Part shown: positions 1 through 7,384 of the stretch, piece by piece
How the letters are laid out: each line of letters opens with the position of its first letter
How positions within the stretch are numbered: position 1 is the first letter of the stretch
DNA from: Tubiluchus corallicola
Taxonomy: Eukaryota > Animalia > Priapulida
Direction: 5' to 3'
Assembly (NCBI GenBank): GCA_030141605.1
Contig: JAQGDQ010002227.1
Location: 1-7,606 of the forward strand
DNA: 7,606 nt
Translations under genes and position numbers: made by a program
The notes under the pieces: model-generated
The model's database searches: none
Told to the model about the DNA's origin: nothing
The model's input: the letters and a program-made list of their open reading frames with translations, nothing else

Positions 1-474
1 CATAATATAGTACACATTAAACTGGCAAATAACCAGTTTACTGTACACTGAAGAAGGTCGTAGAGTCCGAGTTTTATCTGTTTCATCATATTTGGCAGAT
101 CAATAAATAAACATCACTTGCATTAAATAACAATATATGGTATACAATATCTAGTGAAATGGCCTACAATGGATATAATACAAGTAAGAAATACTGCACA
201 GGAAAAGCCTCAAACACTGTTCACTTATACACGAACTTGGTTTGTTAGATTGTCCCACACAGTGATAGAAAAAAAGTAATGGAGATAATCTGAAAATTTA
301 AAGTGAATCGAGATAAAAAATGGAATGATGTAATGAATGAAGCTCATATATGGGATGGTATAAAAGATAGAAAGACTATTATTTTTAATAGTATGTAAAA
401 TTAAAATAACTCGAAACTAACACCACTGTTTTGCAACTACTGTGAGGATGGATACTGATAGAAATTTTGATTAC

Positions 475-1980
475 TCACTGATACTTACTTAAAATTTGAT
501 TTTTTAGCATTTTTTTAAATCTAGTAATAGATCTGCTACTTTTTGCGGATTGACAAATCTCATTCCAGACTTTTGGTCCTTGATATATTATAAAATGTTT
601 AGCTATGTTAGTTCTATAGAAAGCAAGGCACAATGTATTAATTAAAGCTTGTATTATGTCTCTTAGATGTCAATTTGACAGGAATTGCAAAAAACTTAGT
701 AAATAGTCTATTATTGCATTTATACATGAATACTGCAATATTCAATTTAATTAAATCACCACAAGATATTAATTTTGAGTTAGATATATAGTTATTATAC
801 TTTACTGCTTGTAACCTGCCAGATAGGTAACTTACAAACAAATTATTTGCAACACCTCTGATTCCATAGTGGTATAATTTCTTAATTAAAATTTTATGAT
901 CAACAGTGTCAAAAGCTTTTGACAGATCACAGAAAATACTCACAGATAACTTATTATTTTCAATATCTCTGATTATGTTGGTCAGCATATCAATTAAAGC
1001 CATTTCTGTAGTACTGCCTTTACGAAATCCACACTGTGTGTCGTTTAATATGCTTTGTTTATGTAAATAATCTGTAAGTTGCAAAGACACACATTTCTCA
1101 ATAATTTTCGAAAAACATGGCAGTAATGAAATGGGCCTGTAATCATTTATACAGTGTGGATCATCAGCTTTATGAATAGGAACTGTTACGGACTGCTTTA
1201 GCTTATTAGGGACAATTCCAGAGGTAAGTGATAAATTAATAATATGGGTTAAAGGTATAGCAATATATTCAATAATATCAAGCAATATTCTGGGAGAGAG
1301 CTGATCAATACCGGTACTTTTATTTGGGCGGAATGATTTGCAGATTCTAATGATTTCATCTTTAGTTACAGGTTGAAAGAAGAAGGAGTGTGGGTAAATT
1401 CCGTTAATATAAGAATTTGGGTCAGTATTTGTAGGTCCGATGTTGTTTGATAATGAAGAGCCAATGTTTACAAAGTAGCCATTAAAGGCATTAGCAATTA
1501 TATTTTTGTCGTTAGTTAAATGATCATTTACTTTTATAGAAGCAGGCAAGGATTCACGAAATTTATGCATCAATTCCTTCATTACACTCCATGTTTTTTT
1601 TTATATTATCTTTATAAGTTAGTAATTTCTGTTGGTAATAATTTTGCTTGAAAATTCTTATCAAATTAGTAAGTTGATTTCTGTACTGTGTATACTGTTC
1701 CTTGTTGATTTTGTTTTTGTTGAATTTTTAATTAGAAAGTTGAATTGTTGGTCATCATAATATTTGCTGGCTTTAATATTATTTAGTCCGTTAAAATAAT
1801 GTTGATCTGGATCCAGATCAGTAATGGTCAGAGAGTCAAATATGTCATTTCTTTCAAATAAATTTAAATTAAGTAATTTATTGTCTATTATAAATCCGAT
1901 CCAATATTGGAATACCTAGTGATTAATTTGAATTCATCGTCATCAGTGATATTGTTAAAGGGCAGAATAGTTTGATGGCA
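475..1980 (-). pseudogene. LINE ORF2 (pol) remnant: N-terminal pre-endonuclease region, tether, partial reverse transcriptase and C-terminal domain; endonuclease and RT catalytic core absent
   Basis: Manual translation across frameshifts: CHQTILPFNNITDDDEFKLI (1980-1921); DLDPDQHYFN...SKYYDDQQFN (~1820-1740); QYRNQLTNLIRIFKQNYYQQKL...NIKK/TWSVMKEL (frameshift in the T9 run 1594-1602); ORF 1582-638 with IANAFNGYFVNIG, KSTGIDQL, VPIHK...DYRPISLLPCFSKIIEK, QCGFRKGSTT, FCDLSKAFDTVDH, SYLSGRLQAV; then, after another frameshift near 640, YRTNIAKHFIIYQGPKVWNEI...RFKKMLKNQILSKYQ* with the stop at 477-475. Confidence 0.93.
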
Positions 1981-2936
1981 AATTTAATGTCATTACCATT
2001 CTACAATAGTGTTTAAGGCCAAAACAGGAAATTTAACAAGAAAAGTATACGTATAAAACATAAAGAAAATCTGTTAAACAGCAGTGTCTATCTATGAAAT
2101 ATTTGTGGAAGTGCACGTGCAAGCTCGCACATATGCACACTCAAACAATTAAAACCCGCTCCGCTCTCCTCACATCCTCAACCACACGCTCACACACATG
2201 TACTAGATGTACATGAACACGAGCATTTAGGTTTCAACATAATTATAGAATTTACAAGTAATTTATACGTAAACGTAGAAACAGTACAATGTTTTTCAAT
2301 GTATTAATCTTTGTGTATACTGCATAACGAACTACAAAACCGGTAATAGTTTTTTATACATTCAAATGTTCAGGCATTCACTAAGATTTTTGCACTCAAT
2401 TTTTTTTGCTTATTCAATTATTCAGGGAATCACTAGAAATATGCACGCATACACTTGGATACAAGTACATCTAATCTGACTAATCAAAACGCACACAGTT
2501 ACTGATAATCATGCACCGATTTTATGAAATGAAACCTTCGCGGATCAAGGGACTTTTCCGTTAGAATCAGAGTTAACATGACATTGATACACACAATAAT
2601 GGTACAGTAATGTTCAGTGTGTACTAATCAAGTTAGCAAAGTAGGGTACAGTACTGTTGCATATACCTAAATGTTCAGGCTTAATCGATAATTTAAAAAT
2701 GTGAAACGGAATTTGCATAAAAATAAGCTATACTATAGACGCATGACGGGGTAATATGTTAAAGTTAAAAAAAATAAGAAATATAATGTTATACTATTAC
2801 GCACGAGAACTACAGAATCATAGGTATGCGAAACTACAAACAGCAATAAAATGTGATGGCATTACAACCGCGCAAACCCATTCAATTACAGATTGTTTGT
2901 CAATCGGACGAAAGGTAAAGGTCATACTGTATGAAT

Positions 2937-2998
2937 AAACGAGAACAAGATCACGTATGAACCAACGGTCCTAGCAAAAACGTGAACAAGATCACGTA
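2937..2998. repeat. 21-bp direct repeat, two copies 41 bp apart
   Basis: AAACGAGAACAAGATCACGTA (2937-2957) vs AAACGTGAACAAGATCACGTA (2978-2998), 20/21 identical. Confidence 0.85.
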
Positions 2999-4593
2999 CG
3001 CCAAAAATACAATTCATGGAAACTAGTATAGAAGAAACTCTTCAATTTTGAAACGAAGACTGTAACTGTGGATCAATTAAAAACTAATATATTTCTTATA
3101 TTCATGAAAATATAAAAATAATATAATTATGCAGGAAGGCATATATTATTATGTAGAATATTTAAAGGATGAGGTCATATTATAGCACAAAATGACAAGT
3201 ACAAAATGAGATACAATCACCACTGGGTTATCCAAGATTACAGTAAAATAACGAAATACCCATTTAAGGGATTATACGCCTTATCATGTGTTGACAGAAG
3301 ATTGGACTAAAGGACTAAATTAACCTTTGAGTGGTTACTCAAAAATGTAAATTAATAATAAATGCCTCATACACCCACATGTCTAGCTAGTAGTATTGTA
3401 TTAGAAAAAAATTGTACGAATTTAAAGGGTTATAGACCTATCAGTGACAAAAAAAGGAAAAAATTACAGACTGTAGGTGTAATAACTCAACCGCGCATTT
3501 AACTAAAATTTAGACAACTTTAAAATTTGGTTGAAACAAACCCAAATTCCTCGAAAACTAAATTGAGTACTCAAGTTAACAGACTGTACGTGTATCTCTT
3601 AACAAATTTTAATCCTAGCAGATTAAATAGAAACAAACCTTTTACAATTCCACAGGGTAGTTCCATAGCGTGTGGATTAAAAACAAACGAACAAAACAGC
3701 TAGGTCATTCAAGTAATAAATTAAATAATTTGACAGTGAATGTATAACGCAACCGCACATTCTACATTATAGTCGATTTTGAATCATTGGAAAGAAAATA
3801 GTTGGGACAAGACACGCTAAGAAGTTGTAAGCTAAATCAAACGAGTACGGGTAAATGTTTTACCAATAATTGGATCAAAAATTAACTTTACCTAACATGA
3901 TAAAATTAAAACGATCTTACAGTTACATCAGGTTGCATCTCAGTTAGTCGCATTAGAGCAGTCTGTTTTCAAAGGTGTAGTGTAACGCTTCAGATCTTCC
4001 AAACTAGAAATCTCAGTTATGTCAGTCCCTCCAGTCAGTTTTATGAAAACTCGGCCATCGCGGGTCCAGGTGGTGCACTTTTTCATTTTTGCCATCTCCC
4101 TTGTATGTTTATAGATGCGAGCACTTAAACATGACAAGTGTTCGTTAATGTAAATTCTGTTGTTCTTACTTGCACCAAAGTCGCCGAAATTGTGCGCACT
4201 GCACATCTTTAATTTATTTTTATTACGAAGCAGCTCACGTTTCTTCCTTTTACTATTAAATCTAACAATGATAGGAGAACACAGTTCCGGTCTGCTACTA
4301 GGTACTCGGTGAGCAGTATTAATTTCGTTCAGCTCCACTTTAACACCAATATGGTTAGCTACATCTAAAACTATCTTGACTGCATCCTCAGCGTTTTTTT
4401 CTGGTATACCAATAATTTCAAGGCAGTCATTTCTCTGGTACCTCTCTAATATGTTATTTTTTTTTCTTCTAAAGTTGTGTTCAACTGCTTCAGCTTATTA
4501 AATCTGTCTTTCAAATCATCAACAGCCAGTAATTTTGCATTTTATGTTTCAACTCGATTTAGTCTCTTCTCATGATCGTTCAGCAATTTTGTA

Positions 4594-4601
4594 TTGGTAT
4601 T
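4594..4601. repeat. Left target-site duplication of the hAT MITE
   Basis: TTGGTATT directly abuts the left TIR and matches the right copy at 7/8 positions. Confidence 0.85.
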
Positions 4602-4881
4602 CAGGGCCTATTTCAGCCTAAGCGAGGCCCGGGGAAGTGGGGTGTGTGAGGCCCCTTCAGGGGTGGAGGGGGGCGAAGCACCAGAAAATTTTTGAACTAC
4701 TAGAACGCCGGAGAAGCATTTTCGAAGAGAAAATATTGAGTTATACAGTTGTTAAAGGAAAGAACAATTGAATGTTCGCATAAAGCAAAAAAAATGTTAC
4801 CTCGGCGTGAGGCCCTCCTGAAGGGTGAGGCCCCGGGGAAGTATCCCCACTTACCCCCCCCCCCCCCCGAAATAGGCCCTG
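4602..4881. mobile_element. 280-bp non-autonomous hAT-type DNA transposon (MITE) nested in LINE ORF1
   Basis: Perfect 13-bp TIRs CAGGGCCTATTTC (4602-4614) and GAAATAGGCCCTG (4869-4881). 8-bp flanking duplication TTGGTATT (4594-4601) / TTTGTATT (4882-4889), 7/8 identical. GC-rich ends with four GAGGCCC subterminal repeats and a C15 run (4854-4868). CAG termini with an 8-bp TSD are typical of hAT. Confidence 0.92.
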
Positions 4882-4889
4882 TTTGTATT
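4882..4889. repeat. Right target-site duplication of the hAT MITE
   Basis: TTTGTATT directly abuts the right TIR. Confidence 0.85.
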
Positions 4890-5369
4890 AACAGAAGTCT
4901 GAACTGTCTGAACCACTGAGTTGATCTTAAGTTGTTCATCCTTTAACTCTCTTATATCGTTCATTATCATATCAAGTGCAGTAAGTTGACTCAAAATTTT
5001 GTCCAATTTTTGGTCCTGAGTTGTTGATACTTCTACGGTTTCAATATCTGAACTAATATTCGTGCCTTCTGATTGTTTATTAGCTGATCGTAATGAGCTT
5101 CGTTTATCGTTTTGCTTTGGCATTTCTAATATTATTCAGCACGAACGTATCATCAGTACCAAAGCGTAAACACTCATAATAAACAGCCGTAATACATGTA
5201 AAACACGACTTCAACTAGCTATCGCGATTTCAAAACGTATAGCTATATACTGTGCAGATAAAATTTCTTGGTAGTTGGCAATTTAACAAAAACAGCAGGA
5301 CAACACAAATAAATAAACAAACAAACTCATTTTTTGGCAAGTTGCATAAATTCGATGAGCTATAAAAGT

Positions 5370-5379
5370 CGCCATTTGA
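5370..5379 (-). promoter_or_regulatory. YY1-like motif (TCAAATGGCG) at the probable 5' end / internal promoter of the LINE
   Basis: Plus-strand CGCCATTTGA about 250 bp upstream of the ORF1 ATG. (A)AATGGCG motifs are common at LINE 5' ends. Motif match only. Confidence 0.4.
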
Positions 5380-5415
5380 CAATGTTACTTCAGTTGACAA
5401 AAGTTGACTTCAGTT
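5376..5415. repeat. Imperfect tandem duplication (18/20-bp units)
   Basis: TTGACAATGTT-ACTTCAG (5376-5393) followed by TTGACAAAAGTTGACTTCAG (5394-5413) and TT. Confidence 0.7.
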
Positions 5416-5469
5416 TGGAAACTCAAGATGTTTCAAACAATATAAAATTTTTTTAACAATATATAATCT

Positions 5470-6204
5470 ATTTGTCTCATCAAGACCTTTCATTTGTTAT
5501 GCTACATCGTACTATTCGTAGACACTCCATGCCTTTCTATTACCGGCCCCCATTTTTTGGTTTTTGCCTCCTAGCGGAAATTTTTTCCACTCTCCAAATC
5601 ACCCATATTTTTTCATATTCAACAACTTGGCCCCACCTAACCACATACCAAATATTGTAGCCCTAGCTCAAAAACTATGGGAGCAGATGGGCCCTAAAGA
5701 AAAATAAATGAAGATCTGACCGCTCCGCGACCTTTGACCCGGCTACTCGGGTCACGTGTATACATATATAATTTTGGCCAGACAGTGCATCCTGTGAGTT
5801 TTGTGTCCCTACAACTCAGCGTGTAAAAGGTCACAAATTGGAAGATCCCAAATTTCACATTTTGGCCCCTCACTCGGGAGCTTAAAGCTCGCCAGCTTTT
5901 TAAAACTCCGGGTGCACACCTGCCCCACAGTAACCAAATATTTGTGGAAAAATTTGAAAAATAACGAAACCGTTAGGAGTTGAATCATAAAAGAAAAACT
6001 GATCAACGCCCACTATACTCCTCCCTTGACCTGTGGTCAGCGGTTGCTAAACAATTGTACGTCCCCCACCCATGGCTCCCAACCCTGCGAGTCTGGTGAC
6101 CCTAGCTTGCAAGACTTGCGAGTTATTAAGCGTTAAATTGGCGGAGAATAAATAATAAATCACAACTCAAGGATAAACAGTAAGATTTTGCTATGACAAA
6201 ACTA
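5470..6204. mobile_element. Probable non-autonomous Helentron-associated (HINE/DINE-1-like) interspersed repeat with degenerate internal tandem units; left end uncertain
   Basis: GC-richer block with motifs recurring at ~146 and ~292 bp offsets (CCCTAG/C at 5661, 5807, 6100; GCCCCAC..TAACCA at 5630, 5922; TTGACC at 5734, 6026). It ends in GGCGGAG + short (AAT)-type microsatellite (6148-6160) + AAACAGTAAG + hairpin AGATTTTG-CTATGA-CAAAACT (6183-6203), resembling the microsatellite-plus-inverted-repeat end of HINEs. Family call from recalled architecture only. Confidence 0.5.
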
Positions 6205-6215
6205 GGTATACTTAC

Positions 6216-6352
6216 AGGGAGCCACCAAATGGTTTCAACCTGCCATTATCGTCAGTTTTTGGATATGCATGACAGGAATTATTAAATGTATATCTGTGTT
6301 TGCAGCCATGAACCCAATCCTGCCGAAGGCATAGCTTTAGACTCAAAGTGAC
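6216..6352 (-). pseudogene. ABCA1-like: Exon of an ABCA1/ABCA4/ABCA7-like ABC transporter (start of extracellular domain 1), frameshifted
   Basis: Flanked by TTCTATTTTTAG| and |GTAAGT. Reads (C)HFESKAMPSAGLGSWLQTQI/TFNNSCHAYPKTDDNGRLKPFGGS, compared with human ABCA1 [47 protein letters not shown] (recalled). Same phase-1 start and phase-2 end. 137 bp, with 2 nt missing near 6290, giving TAA at 6284-6282. Confidence 0.9.
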
Positions 6353-7384
6353 CTAAAAATAGAACATACTATGTGTATACAAATACACCATAATAAATAG
6401 ATATTTGCATTGTTAAAGTAGATTTATCTATCAGTAATGCTACAACTAATGAATTTTAAAATTTTAGAAAGGCATTCAGTTTAGAGGGCCAAGTAAACCA
6501 GTATTAAAAGATGCGCCTGATATTTCTGGAAAAATATTTTTGACAAACTTGGTAGTTATGTAAGGTATTGTTATAGAAATTACTTTCCTGTAGGAAAAGC
6601 ATAAGAAGTACAGAAAGCCTTTATGATTGGGTCGTGCAATTAGCAAAACGCTAACAACTCTAGCACATTTTTGCTACATGCATACCATTCATACCGCCCT
6701 GTAATACGAAGCTTCAAATGGCGATGTATTAATATATTTGATAAAAGCTAACAAAAACACGTGACAATGCCTAGTGCACTTTCAAAAAAATTGCTGTTAG
6801 CTGCTGACCTTCAAATGTACACAACTACATTTAGCTTATTCATTATGAAGGAATGATTTTTGCTGTACGAATGCTAAGTAATTGTCATTTCGATCAAGCT
6901 TTTCCTCTGGCGAATTTGTGGTAATATCAATACTGAGCAAAATATTTCTTTGAAAGAGATACACCATATTTACATAAAGCGCAACCTGGTTAACAAAATT
7001 CAAGTACTGCACAGTATTGTTAACCATGCCATATTGTCACATGTTGTCTTAACACAAAGCAATAATAAAAGTGAAAACAATTTACAGTGGAGCATCTGTT
7101 TCTTTTTCGTTAAGAAGCTCATAAGATATGATGATCTAATGTTAATATTCCTGCCTCAAACTTTCTCAATCAATAATATATATGTACTCTCAATTACGTC
7201 GAACACATATGAAATCAAATATGAATTCATGGGTAAATAACATTGCATTTGATTTCATCTATACACATAAAAATTTGAGCAGTATTTTCAGGATTCACAA
7301 TAGAATTAAGAAAGGTGCAATATGGACACGCATATGGATGTTGCAAGTCTTTTATTCAAAAAAAGAAATTGTGTTGATACTCTC
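6353..7384 (-). other. 1032-bp intron between the two ABCA-like exons (non-canonical GA donor, intact AG acceptor)
   Basis: Defined by the two exons. Phase 1, splitting the Cys codon at the same position as in vertebrate ABCA1/ABCA4. Confidence 0.75.

Larger units (their letters stand above)
3940..5123 (-). pseudogene. LINE ORF1 (coiled coil + L1-type RRM + CTD; L1 ORF1p/baculovirus FP25K-like), disrupted by a MITE, a nonsense codon and a frameshift
   Basis: Removing 4602-4881 plus one TSD copy joins ...VQTSVNTN to TKLLNDHEKRLNRVET*NAKLLAVDDLKDRFNKLKQLNTTLEEK in frame (TAA at 4544-4542). A frameshift in the T9 run 4457-4465 leads to NILERYQRNDCLEIIGIPEKNAEDAVKIVLDVANHIGV-ELNEINTAHRV...PIIVRF...RIYINEHLS...TWTRDGRVFIK. 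These match the LEQYSRRNNLEIxGIPE, AHR, PIIVRF, IYINEHLT and WTRxGxIF motifs of this ORF1 type. Reconstructed length is about 298 aa. Confidence 0.9.
113..5380 (-). mobile_element. Decayed, internally deleted non-LTR retrotransposon (LINE) of the CR1 group (L2/Crack/Daphne-like); both ends approximate
   Basis: Co-oriented on the minus strand: candidate 5' UTR with a YY1-like AAATGGCG motif (~5370), ORF1 remnant (5123-3940), spacer, ORF2 remnant (~1980-475) with RT motifs and the CR1/L2-type C-terminus, then a T-rich candidate 3' UTR. No clear tail or TSD. That ORF1 and ORF2 belong to one element is inferred from order and orientation. Confidence 0.8.

Noticed and set aside
638-1582. 314-aa ORF as a functional reverse transcriptase or bacterial RT (retron, group II intron, DGR)
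   Set aside because: Motifs are of the eukaryotic non-LTR CR1 type, the PQG and (Y/F)ADD motifs are deleted, and both ends are produced by frameshifts.
1981-2220. Possible PHD-finger remnant upstream of the LPFN motif
   Set aside because: Only hints (SCFGL, EW**H*IC) spread over different frames with many stops. The Cys/His richness at 2110-2215 is explained by CA/GT-rich low complexity.
2756-2938. 60-aa plus-strand ORF
   Set aside because: No recognisable motif, and the length is expected by chance.
2937-2998. Repeat-spacer-repeat as a CRISPR array
   Set aside because: Only two repeats, a short spacer, eukaryotic context and no cas genes.
4700-4939. 79-aa minus-strand ORF with a Gly run
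   Set aside because: Chance read-through across the MITE; the Gly run is the C15 homopolymer.
128-5464. TAACAATATAT at 128-138 and 5454-5464 as a possible LINE target-site duplication
   Set aside because: Low-complexity AT-rich 11-mer that could match by chance. No poly(A) or microsatellite tail adjoins the 3' copy, and the 5' copy is ~80 bp beyond the candidate 5' end.
5472-6006. Short ORFs 5472-5660, 5801-5983 and 5809-6006
   Set aside because: They lie within a non-coding repeat, use non-ATG starts and show no protein motifs.
6625-6830. Possible decayed MITE with TAGC/GCTA motifs and weak terminal symmetry (GGGTCGTGCA...TACACAACTA)
   Set aside because: The inverted match is poor and no TSD was found, so it cannot be supported without a repeat search.
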